A DNA stretch of 64,000 bases from assembly GCA_041601615.1 (NCBI GenBank), contig JBFIHX010000004.1, positions 160,001 to 224,000 on the forward strand, in the 5' to 3' direction. The notes under the pieces are model-generated. The model worked only from the letters and a program-made list of their open reading frames with translations, made no database searches and was not told where the DNA came from. Made by a program: the position numbers and the translations under genes. The DNA is from Thermoplasmatota archaeon (lineage in GTDB: Archaea > Thermoplasmatota > E2 > JACPAO01 > JAHFTW01). Below, piece after piece: positions 10,783 through 21,039 of the stretch. Numbering within the stretch: the first letter of the stretch is position 1; each line of letters begins with the position of its first letter.

Positions 10783-11475
10783 TTACCAACCCTTCCCATC
10801 CACCGCATGCAGCACCTCTCGGGAGTCGGTGATGATGCAATCGATGCCTAGTTCTACGAGGTGCCGGGCGCGGTCGGGGTCGTTGACGGTCCAGCAACCA
10901 ATTTTGTAGCCACGGCGTCGCATTTCGGCCAGCGTGTCGTCGGTGAGGCCGTCGTGGTCGGGATTGATCCAGGCGCAACTGAACTTGTCTGCCTCTTCGA
11001 GGTCTTCCACGTCGAGGCGGCCGAGCACGATGAGGCCGCGTTGCAGTTCCGGGATGCGCTCGAGGGCACGCTGGAGCGCCTTTGGGTACATGCTGCTAAG
11101 CAAGGTGCGCGCCACGAGGCCGTGGTGTTCGATGAGATCAAGTGTCGCGTCCGTGGCGTTGGCTTGCTTGATTTCCACGTTCCACAGGCCGTCAAAATCG
11201 GCGAGCTCCGAAAACAAGTCGTCTAGGCGGGGCACGGGGCCAGCGCCGGTGTCGTAGCTGCGCAATTCGTCGTACTTCATGTCCGCGACGCGCCCTCGGC
11301 CATTGGTGGTGCGTTCGACACCCGCATCGTGCAGCACGACCACTTCGCCGTCGCTGGTTTTTCGCACGTCCAGTTCGAGCGAGCGGAATCCTGCTTCTTT
11401 TGCGGCTAGGAAGGCTGGAATGGTGTTTTCGGGGTGCTCTGCGGAGAGGCCCCGGTGTGCGGCGGCGAAGGTCAT
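10783..11475 (-). CDS. Glycerophosphodiester phosphodiesterase
   Basis: AHRG...PENT, ELDV, HD, EIK, WTVN, IITD. Confidence 0.93.
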   Translation of the reverse strand: MTFAAAHRGLSAEHPENTIPAFLAAKEAGFRSLELDVRKTSDGEVVVLHDAGVERTTNGRGRVADMKYDELRSYDTGAGPVPRLDDLFSELADFDGLWNVEIKQANATDATLDLIEHHGLVARTLLSSMYPKALQRALERIPELQRGLIVLGRLDVEDLEEADKFSCAWINPDHDGLTDDTLAEMRRRGYKIGCWTVNDPDRARHLVELGIDCIITDSREVLHAVDGKGW

Positions 11476-12416
11476 GCCTCGATGTCCTCCCGGCCGTCGA
11501 GGCGCCAGGCGCTGCCTTGGACGACCTGCATGTGCGGGAAGGCGATGTTGATGCCCTTCTTGCGGAATGTGTCGTGCGTTTGGTGGACAAGGTCGGTGTA
11601 GACCTTGATGGCGCTGCTGCGGATGGGCTCCACGTAGAAGCGCAAGACGAGGTCGACGCTGCTGGGGCCAAATCCTTGGGTGACGGCGCTGGGTGCCGGG
11701 TCCTTGAGCACATCCGGGTGCGCCTTGGCGAGCTCCACCAATGTTTGCATGGCGGTGCCAAGGTGGCTGCCGTACTCGATGCCTACCATGAGTTTGCGGC
11801 GGAGTTTTCGCGCGGCGGTGAAATTCTTGACTTTGGTTCCTTCGACTAGGCGGTTGGGGATGGTGACTTTCTCGTTGTCGAAGGTCAGAATCGTGGTGGC
11901 GCCGAGGGCCACGTCTTCCACGGTGCCTTCCACGCCGTCGATGTCCACCCAGTCCCCGATGTCAAAGGGATGGTTGTAGAAAATCAGGAAGCCTGCAATC
12001 ACGTCGCCGATGGTGTCGGCTGCGGCAAGGCCCACAACAATGCCCGCAAATCCAGCCCCCGCCAGGAGCGTCGAGAACGCCGTTTGCAAGCCCCATACGG
12101 CCAACAAGGCAATGGAGGTGACCACGAGCATTACAAGCCGAATGGACAGACGCATCGGTTTCGTGCGGCCGACCATCACCTTACGCTGGTAATCGTCCAG
12201 GCGGCGCATGCGGGCGATACGGTCGGCGCTGCGCGTTAGGGCGCGATCGGCGGCCTTGACGACGAGCCATGTCAGGACCAAGACGAGACCGGTTCCGATG
12301 AGGCGGGCTAGAAACGAGTTCTCGGCGATCCAACATTCAATCGCCGTCGAACAGGCGTTCGCCACGGCAGAAACGCCAGAATCGGGCGGCGCCGTCGCGT
12401 TCAAGTGGCTAACCAC
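11472..12416 (-). CDS. MscS small-conductance mechanosensitive channel
   Basis: TM helices, PFDIGDWV, VTIPN, GINIAFP; start uncertain. Confidence 0.9.
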   Translation of the reverse strand: MVSHLNATAPPDSGVSAVANACSTAIECWIAENSFLARLIGTGLVLVLTWLVVKAADRALTRSADRIARMRRLDDYQRKVMVGRTKPMRLSIRLVMLVVTSIALLAVWGLQTAFSTLLAGAGFAGIVVGLAAADTIGDVIAGFLIFYNHPFDIGDWVDIDGVEGTVEDVALGATTILTFDNEKVTIPNRLVEGTKVKNFTAARKLRRKLMVGIEYGSHLGTAMQTLVELAKAHPDVLKDPAPSAVTQGFGPSSVDLVLRFYVEPIRSSAIKVYTDLVHQTHDTFRKKGINIAFPHMQVVQGSAWRLDGREDIEA

Positions 12417-12613
12417 AAGACACGCACGCCTTGGCCTGCTCTTATCGCTGACGCACAGAGTTTCGAAGCGCGAATTTCTGTCGGCAATGGCCGAAAATTG
12501 CATCGGTGGGCCACCTGCACGGGCCAAAGGGGATAAAGGTGGGAATTCTATGGAACGAACAACGCCCCCCGAGCGCCCGCGCCCGGGGTGAACCTGTTCA
12601 CGGAGACGATGTC

Positions 12614-13744
12614 ATGTCAGGATTGGAAGGAGTCACCGCAGCCGAAAGCAGCATCTGTTTCATCGACGGCCAGAAGGGCATCCTGTCCTACCGAGGCTAC
12701 GACATCAACGAATTGGCACCCAACGCCACGTTCGAAGAGGTCGTGTACCTTCTGTGGGAAGGGCGCCTGCCCACCGTCGATGAGTTGGATGCCCTCAAAG
12801 CCCAGCTTGCTAGCAAACGCAGTCTGCCCCCCGCCGCCGTCGCGGTCCTAAAGCAGGTCGCAGACAAAATGGGGCCCATGGATGCCCTGCGCACCACCGT
12901 GAGTGCGCTAAGCGCCGGCACCGACGACGCGGACGCATTCGACGTGCCCACGGACCGCCGCAAGGCCGTCTCCACCACCGCGCAGCTTGCAACCATCGTC
13001 GCGCACTACCACCGCCTGCGCCGTGGCCTCCCCGTTGTGGAGCCGGATGCAAGCCTTGGACACGCCGCGAACTTCTTGTGGATGCTCAACGGCAAGAAAC
13101 CCACGCCCGCCGCCGAGCGCGCCATGGATGTGGCATTGATTCTGCACGCAGACCACGACCTGAACGCCTCCACGTTCTCGGCCCGTGTCACGGCTGCCAC
13201 CCTTTCCGACTTCCACAGCGCCATGACCAGCGCCATTGGAACGCTCAAGGGCCCGCTGCACGGCGGCGCCAACATTGGCGTCATGAAGATGCTGCTGGAT
13301 ATTGACGAAAGCGGCGAAGACGTCACCGCGCACATCAAGGGAATGCTGTCGCGCAAGGAACGCGTCATGGGCTTTGGCCACCGCGTCTACAAGACCCTTG
13401 ATCCTCGCGCCGTCCACCTCGAACGCCTCTCCAAGGACCTCGCCGAGCAAGCGGGCGACATGAAGTGGTACGACATGAGCCTCGCCATCCAGCAGACCGT
13501 CAAGGCCGAAAAGGGCCTCGACGCCAACGTGGATTTCTTCTCGGCGTCCTCGTACTACACCATGGGCATCCCACTGGATTTGTACACGCCCATCTTCGCC
13601 ATCGCGCGCGTCGCGGGCTGGGCGGCACACGTCTTGGAACAGCACGAGAACAACCGCCTCATCCGGCCCCTGTCGGACTACACCGGCAAAATGGGCCTCA
13701 AGTGGGTGCCCGTCGAAGCCCGCGCCCCCACTGTCGGAGTCTAG
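12614..13744 (+). CDS. Citrate synthase (or methylcitrate synthase)
   Basis: GLEGV, LSYRGY, HADHDLNASTF, GPLHGGAN, GFGHRVYK, NVDF. Confidence 0.95.
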   Translation: MSGLEGVTAAESSICFIDGQKGILSYRGYDINELAPNATFEEVVYLLWEGRLPTVDELDALKAQLASKRSLPPAAVAVLKQVADKMGPMDALRTTVSALSAGTDDADAFDVPTDRRKAVSTTAQLATIVAHYHRLRRGLPVVEPDASLGHAANFLWMLNGKKPTPAAERAMDVALILHADHDLNASTFSARVTAATLSDFHSAMTSAIGTLKGPLHGGANIGVMKMLLDIDESGEDVTAHIKGMLSRKERVMGFGHRVYKTLDPRAVHLERLSKDLAEQAGDMKWYDMSLAIQQTVKAEKGLDANVDFFSASSYYTMGIPLDLYTPIFAIARVAGWAAHVLEQHENNRLIRPLSDYTGKMGLKWVPVEARAPTVGV

Positions 13745-13746
13745 GA

Positions 13747-14070
13747 ATGTCTGCGGACGTGCAAGCGGCGGTGTATGCCCTCATCGGCAAACAGCGCAAC
13801 TGGTCCACTTCTCGCGGCAAACCCTTCGAAATCTGGCTGGCTCCCGAGGGCGGCGTGAGGACGCTCCCTGGCACGGGCAACCAAAAACAGTACGGCGGCT
13901 CCCGCGAACACGTCACCAAGGTCCTCGGCTACTTCGAGAGCGCCCGATTGGTCGGCGCGCAGCTTCGCGTCGGTCACGGTCGAAAAAGCGGCCTCGCAAG
14001 CTACCTGTTTCCGTTGTACCTGGAAGCGTGCCGTCGCCACGATTGGCCGGTGCGAGTCCATGGTGCCTAG
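13747..14070 (+). CDS. Hypothetical protein
   Basis: ATG 2 nt after citrate synthase stop; overlaps next gene start. Confidence 0.6.
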   Translation: MSADVQAAVYALIGKQRNWSTSRGKPFEIWLAPEGGVRTLPGTGNQKQYGGSREHVTKVLGYFESARLVGAQLRVGHGRKSGLASYLFPLYLEACRRHDWPVRVHGA

Positions 14071-15046
14071 GACTCGGGCACACGTTGGCCTCTGCGCGCT
14101 CCTCCTTCTACCGGCCCTCTCCGGCTGCATCGCCTGGCCCAACGAGGAGTCCCAAGCCACCGCATTTGATGCACTCGCCGAGGCCCCCACCTGGCAGATT
14201 GGTCAATGGTGGGACATCGACTTGCACCACGAGCGCACCGGCAACGACGTGTCGCTGCGCCGAGTGGTGGCCGGGCACGACGGCGACCACTGGTTCGTCG
14301 GCATGCCCGTGGACGCATTCGTAGAATACGCACTCATCATGCACGTTCCTGCCCTCGGCGACCTCTGGGGTCCCGGCCTAGGATTCGATGCGCACGACCG
14401 CCCCATCGAATGGCTGCGATTCCCGCTGCACAACGAAACCACCTGGACCACCTCCTTCTACTGGGCACCCAACGAACGAGTCACAGCCACCGTCGAACGC
14501 ACCGGCACCCACACCGCCACGGTCCACATGGACGGCACCCGCCCCATCATCATGGACTACGACGCCCGCGTCGGCGCGGCGGTGCATGTGCGCATCGAAG
14601 GCTACGTCGAGTGGTGGGTGCGCGACTGGGGCTATGGCCACGAAGGCACCGTGCGTGTCCCCGTGGACCAAGACCTCGTCTTCTACCACGGCCGCAGCAG
14701 CCAAGACTTCACGGGCAACCCCAATGTCGCGCCAGGCTTGGAACTCCAGGACATCCGGCTCGGCGCCCACGACCGCGCAAGTTTCGCACTCTTGCTCTAC
14801 GATGCTCGCCCAGACGCAGACACCATCGGGCACGCCGACATTCGAGCAAGTGTGACGGCCCCCGACGGCACCCAATTTACCGCCGAAAAAGGGGCAACCA
14901 CCACGGGCGACGTGCTGATTCCGTTTGGGCACGGCCCCGTCGAAGGCACCTGGTACTTGCAAGCAACCGTGGCCGGCGCCGGCAGCGCCTTGCTGGAGGG
15001 CATTGCGTACAACATCCTCGACGTGCCCCTCCGGTCGCAGGATTGA
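14060..15046 (+). CDS. Hypothetical lipoprotein
   Basis: Lipobox LSGC; APTWQIGQWW repeat-like motif. Confidence 0.75.
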   Translation: MVPRTRAHVGLCALLLLPALSGCIAWPNEESQATAFDALAEAPTWQIGQWWDIDLHHERTGNDVSLRRVVAGHDGDHWFVGMPVDAFVEYALIMHVPALGDLWGPGLGFDAHDRPIEWLRFPLHNETTWTTSFYWAPNERVTATVERTGTHTATVHMDGTRPIIMDYDARVGAAVHVRIEGYVEWWVRDWGYGHEGTVRVPVDQDLVFYHGRSSQDFTGNPNVAPGLELQDIRLGAHDRASFALLLYDARPDADTIGHADIRASVTAPDGTQFTAEKGATTTGDVLIPFGHGPVEGTWYLQATVAGAGSALLEGIAYNILDVPLRSQD

Positions 15047-15072
15047 AGGCACGGGCTCCGGTCGTCGACCCG

Positions 15073-16092
15073 ATGAAGGCCGCTTACTTTGCCGAGCACG
15101 GGGGACTCGACACGCTCCAAATCGGAACATTGCCCGACCCCGAACTTGGCCCCGACGATGTGCGCGTACAAGTGAAGGCCGCCGCCCTCAACCATCTTGA
15201 TTTGTTCGTACGCGAAGGTTGGCCCGGCCTCAAACTGCCCCTCCCCCACGTGGGCGGCACGGACCTTGCAGGAATCGTCTCCGAGGTCGGCGCCAACGTG
15301 CAAGGAGTCGCCGTCGGAGACGGGGTGCTTGTCAACCCGGGCCTGAACTTCGAGGCCGACGAGGACGGTCGACTCATCGTGCCGCCCCACCCAGACATCA
15401 TCGGCGAAACGCGCTGGGGCGGACTCGCCACGCACTGCGTCGTCCCGGCAAGCCATGTCCTTGCCAAACCGGCCTCGTGGACATGGGAAGAAGCCGCCGC
15501 CGTGCCGCTCACAAGCCTGACCGCCATGCAAATGCTCAGAAAAGCCGGAGCCCGCAAAGGCCACAACGTTCTCGTGGTGGGCGGCGGCGGAGGCGTTGCC
15601 GTGATGGCGATCCAGCTTGCCAAGGCCCTCGGATGCACCGTCTACGCCACGACCGGCGGACCCGAGAAGGTCCAGAAAGTCCAGGAACTCGGCGCCGACC
15701 ACGTCATCGACTACAAAGCCGACCAAGATTGGTGGAAAACGGTCTACGGCCTCAGTGGCAAACAAGGCATGGACATCGTCGTGGACAGCGTCGGAGCCGC
15801 AACTTGGGAACTGAGCTTGCGAACACTGCGCAACGGTGGCCGACTCGTCACCTGCGGCGCCACCACCGGACCCATGGGCAAAACCAACATCCAACTCGTC
15901 TTCTGGAAGCAACTAAGCATCCTAGGCAGCACCATGGGCACGCCCCAGGACCTACAAGACGCGCTGGCGCTCCTCGAATCGGGCCAAATTCGCCCCGTCA
16001 TTGACAGCATCTGGAGCCTCGACGACACCGCCGAAGCACAGGCACGAATGGATGCAGGGCACCACTTTGGCAAAATCATCATCATGCCATGA
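15073..16092 (+). CDS. MDR-family (quinone oxidoreductase/alcohol dehydrogenase-like) oxidoreductase
   Basis: MKAAY...ALNHLD...PHVGGTD, GGGGGVA NAD(P) motif, GRLVTCGATTG, HFGKII. Confidence 0.92.
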   Translation: MKAAYFAEHGGLDTLQIGTLPDPELGPDDVRVQVKAAALNHLDLFVREGWPGLKLPLPHVGGTDLAGIVSEVGANVQGVAVGDGVLVNPGLNFEADEDGRLIVPPHPDIIGETRWGGLATHCVVPASHVLAKPASWTWEEAAAVPLTSLTAMQMLRKAGARKGHNVLVVGGGGGVAVMAIQLAKALGCTVYATTGGPEKVQKVQELGADHVIDYKADQDWWKTVYGLSGKQGMDIVVDSVGAATWELSLRTLRNGGRLVTCGATTGPMGKTNIQLVFWKQLSILGSTMGTPQDLQDALALLESGQIRPVIDSIWSLDDTAEAQARMDAGHHFGKIIIMP

Positions 16093-16128
16093 AGCGCATA
16101 GCGCCCCCAACAACCGCGACGAGCCCCT

Positions 16129-16575
16129 TCAGCGCTTCTTGCGGCGACGCAGATCCCAAATGGGCTGCCCCGTCCGATACAACGGCCGATGGTGCCCGCG
16201 CTTTTCGACGAGACCCACTTCCGTGAGGGCGCCCAAGTGCCGGCTTAGTACACGCCGACTCAAGTGCGTCTCCGCCACAAGATCACAAAGACTGGTGTCC
16301 CCCGCCGTCTCCAAGTGGGCCAGCAAACTGCGGGTCTCCGGATCTCGAAGGGTTGCCAAACACTCCCGAACTCGCTCGGGAACATCCACGGAGAACAACG
16401 CCACGCGCCCCCGGTGCCGACTGATGGCCACATGGCCCTCCCGTTCTAACCGGTACAGATGGTGCGTCGTCGTGCCCCAGCCGACATCCAGCCCTTGACA
16501 AACCTCAATCTTGGCGGCACCCGGGTTCTCTCGAACAAATGCAATGATTCGGTCCCGCGTGGAACCATCGTTCAT
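16129..16575 (-). CDS. Tandem winged-HTH transcriptional regulator
   Basis: TRDRIIAFVRENPG...GWGTTTHHLYRLEREG, then a second HTH (LSRRVLSRHLGALTEVGLV). Confidence 0.85.
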   Translation of the reverse strand: MNDGSTRDRIIAFVRENPGAAKIEVCQGLDVGWGTTTHHLYRLEREGHVAISRHRGRVALFSVDVPERVRECLATLRDPETRSLLAHLETAGDTSLCDLVAETHLSRRVLSRHLGALTEVGLVEKRGHHRPLYRTGQPIWDLRRRKKR

Positions 16576-17945
16576 GCATACACCCCGGCCGATGTGTCGT
16601 CTGGACTCGGAACCAAGGCACGCAAACGGGGGAATCGGGACAGCTCCACCACCAGAGACGGGTTTTCTCCAAGTGCATCGCGCAGCGACACTCGGGCCTC
16701 ATCTTCGCGGTCGAGTTCATTCAGTGCATGGGCACGCAGAAACTCCGCCATTCCGTCCTTGGGGCGTACGTCATCGGGCAAATCCTCCAGGTAGCGCAGC
16801 GCCACGGCCGAGCGACCCAGCGCCAGTAGCGCCACGGTCTTCATGACGGCGACAGATTCACTGCGCGTGCGCTTCATGGCACCGTCCGCTTGGCGCACCA
16901 CGCGCCTGTATGCATGGGCGTCCATTCCCTGCAACAAAGTCGGGATGGAGACCTGTCGGCGCGACCGCAACCACAAGACGAGCCCGGCGGCGACAAGCAC
17001 CAGCAACGGGAGTCCCAGCGCGTAGCTTGTCTTGGCCGAGGGAAGGGAAATGATGGTCGCTGCCGGCTCGGGAGACATGTCTTGGAGCCGCAATTGGTCG
17101 TGGTCCACGTCGGCAAGCAACGAGAACCCGGCCAAATCTAGATTCGAACCGTCCAGAAGCAAATTCTTGTAGACGCCACGCGCATCATACAGGACGGCCT
17201 CGGTCCCAGAAATGAGCGTGGGCCCCGCCATGAATGCGCGAACGGCGGCAGTGCTGGGCACTTGGACCGTGAGTGAGCCATTGGTGACAAACAAGGTATG
17301 GTACACCTCGCGTTTTCCGGTGTGGACCAAGCCGCCGGGCTGGACCTCATCGACGAAGGTGCCACCCTCGTAGGAAACAGCTCCTTGCGCATCCTCGCCC
17401 GCTAGGTTTGCCGCCCAAAGCCGGACGGTGAAGTCACCTTGAAACTGCAAGACGCCCTCTTCGGCATCAAATTGCATGAGACCAAGTACTGGGTAGCTCC
17501 AGCCTTCGTACGCTCCGGGCGGTGTGACGCGGGCAGATTCGATGGCATGGGATGCAGGAGCGACGACCACATCACTGAGGTCAATGTTTGCTGCAAGAAC
17601 ACGAGGGTGCCCCGTCAGAAACAGCATTGAGGTGTCCTCGAACATCCATCCGTCCAATTGCACGTTCCTGTGCTGGTCATAGGTGGTGCTGTCCGTGTGG
17701 TTGGATCGACTCTGCCCCAGAACGCCCGGCCCGTAGGACTGGGTGAGGGTTTCTGTCCTGAGCTCTTGGGCTTGCAGTTGGAAACGAGTTTGATTGGCAC
17801 CCCAGACCTGCATGGCGTTGGCGGGTCCTTCCCCATGCAGCAGTCCTGCTTCTAGGAACGTGCCCGTGCCGTCCGTGGGCGCGCCAGCCACGAGAGGGGC
17901 CAGCAGAAGTGGCAGCAATGCCAGGGCAACAAACGCAGTTCGCAT
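16572..17945 (-). CDS. Signal peptide + extracellular domain + TM + cytoplasmic TPR-like protein
   Basis: MRTAFVALALLPLLLAPLVAG signal; TM LGLPLLVLVAAGLVLWL-RSRR; helical TPR-like tail; ATGA overlap with the wHTH gene. Confidence 0.75.
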   Translation of the reverse strand: MRTAFVALALLPLLLAPLVAGAPTDGTGTFLEAGLLHGEGPANAMQVWGANQTRFQLQAQELRTETLTQSYGPGVLGQSRSNHTDSTTYDQHRNVQLDGWMFEDTSMLFLTGHPRVLAANIDLSDVVVAPASHAIESARVTPPGAYEGWSYPVLGLMQFDAEEGVLQFQGDFTVRLWAANLAGEDAQGAVSYEGGTFVDEVQPGGLVHTGKREVYHTLFVTNGSLTVQVPSTAAVRAFMAGPTLISGTEAVLYDARGVYKNLLLDGSNLDLAGFSLLADVDHDQLRLQDMSPEPAATIISLPSAKTSYALGLPLLVLVAAGLVLWLRSRRQVSIPTLLQGMDAHAYRRVVRQADGAMKRTRSESVAVMKTVALLALGRSAVALRYLEDLPDDVRPKDGMAEFLRAHALNELDREDEARVSLRDALGENPSLVVELSRFPRLRALVPSPDDTSAGVYA

Positions 17946-17950
17946 GGAGT

Positions 17951-18418
17951 TCACGGAGGAAGGGCTTGACTTGCAACTTCGCGCACCGTTCGTTGTAAGG
18001 TCTTGGGCACCACGGGGATGATTGGGATGCACTCGGCCCGCACGGTTTGGTACGGAGGGGATGAGGAGTCTACCAGCATTTGACAACCCCCATGATAGAG
18101 GTTGCTGATGGAAACATAACCATCTGCTTCGGCATAGATCCAATAGGTCGCCGTGAGGTTGACCTCTGCTTCCACATAGGTTTCCTGGGACACGTTCAGA
18201 GAAATCGCTTCCCGGCCATCCTTGTTTTCTCGGATGAGCTTGAGAACGTCTGGTATGCCTCCCGTGATGGTCCACTGCAAGACAAGCTCCGTATCGCTTT
18301 CACCCCAGAGCACAATCACGAGTGGCTGCGGCCCTCCCTCGGCCGCTACACTTGGGGCTGTAGTCATGGACAAGACGAGCAGGAGGCAGGCGCTGGACGA
18401 GAGGCGCATGGCGGACAC
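17951..18418 (-). CDS. Small secreted protein (FN3-like, two Cys)
   Basis: Signal peptide ending VAA; LVLQW...YWIYA pattern; C-terminal Cys pair. Confidence 0.6.
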   Translation of the reverse strand: MSAMRLSSSACLLLVLSMTTAPSVAAEGGPQPLVIVLWGESDTELVLQWTITGGIPDVLKLIRENKDGREAISLNVSQETYVEAEVNLTATYWIYAEADGYVSISNLYHGGCQMLVDSSSPPYQTVRAECIPIIPVVPKTLQRTVREVASQALPP

Positions 18419-18680
18419 CTACTTACGAAACTGTCGAGGCTTGTATCAACTGGTTGGATACGGTTGGTTCACTGCGTCTGGTTTTTATACGAACGCAGGC
18501 GCACCGGCAGTGGCGGATCCCTGGAATGCCCAACCCTTCTGATGAGACGCGCCGTTTCGTCGGCGACAGAGCCTTCCGGTGGGTGACGCAGGCCAAACGA
18601 GCGCCGCCGGCATGCTCCCTGGAGGCCACCCGCCGCGCCGAGGCGTTTTAGTCCGGTCGAAAACCATTGCCCCGTCCCGT

Positions 18681-18693
18681 CAAGGTTTATATC
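18681..18693 (+). promoter_or_regulatory. BRE/TATA-like promoter of suf operon
   Basis: CAAGG-TTTATAT about 90 bp upstream of sufB. Confidence 0.5.
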
Positions 18694-18778
18694 CAGGGGG
18701 TTTCGGCGGATTCAGGAGCCCCCAAGGAGACCGCCCCGGCCACAAGGCTTGAGCCATCCTGAGGGGAAAATCGTCACG

Positions 18779-20275
18779 ATGAGCACGGACGCGGTCAAGC
18801 AACTTGCCGAACGGGAGTACCGCTACGGCTTCACCTCCGACATCGAGGAGGACCGCGTGCCGCCAGGCTTGGACGAGGACGTGGTACGCCTCATCAGCCA
18901 CAAGAAGGGCGAGCCGGAATGGCTGCTGGCATGGCGCCTGGATGCCTACCGAGCCTGGCGCAAAATGACGCCTCCCACTTGGGCCCGCGTCACCTACCCC
19001 GCCATCGACTTCGAGGCCATCACCTACTACTCGGCGCCCAAGTCCGCAGGCAGCGGCCCCAAGAGCCTCGCGGAAGTGGACCCGGAACTGCTGGAAATGT
19101 ACGCCAAGCTCGGCATCAGCCTCACCGAGCAAAAGCGCCTGCAAGGCATCGAGCTTACCGACGAAGAAGCAGGGCGCCCGCCTGCCCCCGGCATGCCCCG
19201 TGTTGCCGTGGACGCCGTCATCGACTCCGTGTCCGTCGCCACCACGTTCAAGGACGAACTGGAAAAGCAAGGAATCATCTTCTGTTCCTTCGCCGAAGCC
19301 GTGCGCGAACACCCCGACCTGGTGCGCAAGTACCTCGGCACGGTCGTTCCCACCACGGACAACTTCTACGCCGCCCTCAACTCGGCAGTCTTCTCGGACG
19401 GCAGCTTCTGCTACATCCCCAAGGGTGTGCGCTGCCCCATGGAACTGTCCACCTACTTCCGCATCAACGCCGCCGGCACCGGCCAATTCGAGCGCACCCT
19501 GCTGATCGCCGACGAAGGCAGCTACGTCAGCTACCTCGAAGGCTGCACCGCGCCCCAACGCGACGAAAACCAACTCCACGCCGCCGTCGTGGAACTCGTG
19601 GCCCACGAGAAGGCCGAAATCAAGTACAGCACCGTGCAAAACTGGTACCCCGGCGACAAGGACGGCAAGGGAGGCATCTACAACTTCGTCACCAAGCGCG
19701 GACTTTGCGAAGGCAACGGCAGCAAAATCAGCTGGACCCAAGTGGAAACCGGCTCCGCGATTACCTGGAAGTACCCGTCCTGCATCCTCAAAGGCGACGA
19801 TTCGGTGGGCGAATTCTACAGCGTGGCACTCACCACGAACATGCAGCAAGCCGACACCGGGACCAAGATGATCCACATCGGCAAGCGCACCAGCAGCACG
19901 ATCATCAGCAAAGGCATCAGTGCTGGCAAGGGCCAGAACACCTACCGGGGCCAGGTCAAGATCCTCCCCGGCGCCGACGGGGCCCGCAACTACAGCCAAT
20001 GCGACTCGCTTCTGATCGGCGACGAATGCGGCGCCCACACCTTCCCGTTCATTGACGTGCGCAACCCGACCGCGACCATGGAGCACGAAGCCTCCACCAC
20101 CAAGGTCGGAGAAGACCAGATCTTCTACTGCAAACAACGCGGCCTGAGCGAACAAGACGCCGTCAACCTCATCGTCAACGGATTCTGCAAGTCGGTCTTC
20201 CGGCAACTGCCCATGGAATTCACCGTGGAGGCGCAGAATCTATTGAACCTCAAGCTCGAAGGAGCTGTCGGCTAG
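18779..20275 (+). CDS. sufB: Fe-S cluster assembly protein SufB
   Basis: [47 protein letters not shown]. Confidence 0.97.
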   Translation: MSTDAVKQLAEREYRYGFTSDIEEDRVPPGLDEDVVRLISHKKGEPEWLLAWRLDAYRAWRKMTPPTWARVTYPAIDFEAITYYSAPKSAGSGPKSLAEVDPELLEMYAKLGISLTEQKRLQGIELTDEEAGRPPAPGMPRVAVDAVIDSVSVATTFKDELEKQGIIFCSFAEAVREHPDLVRKYLGTVVPTTDNFYAALNSAVFSDGSFCYIPKGVRCPMELSTYFRINAAGTGQFERTLLIADEGSYVSYLEGCTAPQRDENQLHAAVVELVAHEKAEIKYSTVQNWYPGDKDGKGGIYNFVTKRGLCEGNGSKISWTQVETGSAITWKYPSCILKGDDSVGEFYSVALTTNMQQADTGTKMIHIGKRTSSTIISKGISAGKGQNTYRGQVKILPGADGARNYSQCDSLLIGDECGAHTFPFIDVRNPTATMEHEASTTKVGEDQIFYCKQRGLSEQDAVNLIVNGFCKSVFRQLPMEFTVEAQNLLNLKLEGAVG

Positions 20276-20301
20276 ACCCCCCGCCCCCCACAGGATCACC
20301 C

Positions 20302-21039
20302 ATGCTCGAAATCAACAACCTGCACGTCGAAGTGGAAGGCAAGGCCATCCTCAAGGGCCTCACCCTCAGTGTCCCCGCCGGCGAGGTCCACGCCATCATG
20401 GGCCCCAACGGTGCCGGCAAGTCCACCCTCGCCAACATCATCGCTGGAAAGGACGGCTACACGGTCACCGCCGGCAGCATCACCTACAACGGCAAGGACC
20501 TCCTGGAAATGGACCCCGAAGACCGCGCCCGCGAAGGCGTGTTTTTGGCGTTCCAATACCCCGTGGAAATCCCCGGCGTCAACAACACCTACTTCCTGCG
20601 CGAAGCGCTCAACGCCGTGCGCAAGCACCGCGGCGAGCCCGAGATGGACGCCATGGACTTCCTGGACATGGTCCAAGAGAAGGCCGACGCCATCGGCCTC
20701 AAGGACAAACTCCTGGAACGCTCCGTCAACGCCGGCTTCAGTGGCGGCGAAAAGAAGCGCAACGAAATCTTTCAGATGGCGGTGCTGGAACCGAAGCTCG
20801 CCGTCCTCGACGAGACCGACTCCGGCCTCGACATCGACGCCCTGCGCACCGTCGCCGACGGTGTGACGCACTTACGACGCCCCGACAATGCCTTCGTGGT
20901 CATCACCCACTACCAGCGATTGCTCGACCACATCATCCCCGACCGAGTGCACGTGCTGCAAGACGGCCGCATCGTCAAATCCGGCGACAAGAGCCTCGCG
21001 CTGGAGCTCGAAAAGGACGGATACGCGGATCTTGCATGA
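20302..21039 (+). CDS. sufC: Fe-S assembly ATPase SufC
   Basis: GPNGAGKST, FQYPVEIPGV, FSGGEKKRNE, LDETDSGLD. Confidence 0.97.
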   Translation: MLEINNLHVEVEGKAILKGLTLSVPAGEVHAIMGPNGAGKSTLANIIAGKDGYTVTAGSITYNGKDLLEMDPEDRAREGVFLAFQYPVEIPGVNNTYFLREALNAVRKHRGEPEMDAMDFLDMVQEKADAIGLKDKLLERSVNAGFSGGEKKRNEIFQMAVLEPKLAVLDETDSGLDIDALRTVADGVTHLRRPDNAFVVITHYQRLLDHIIPDRVHVLQDGRIVKSGDKSLALELEKDGYADLA

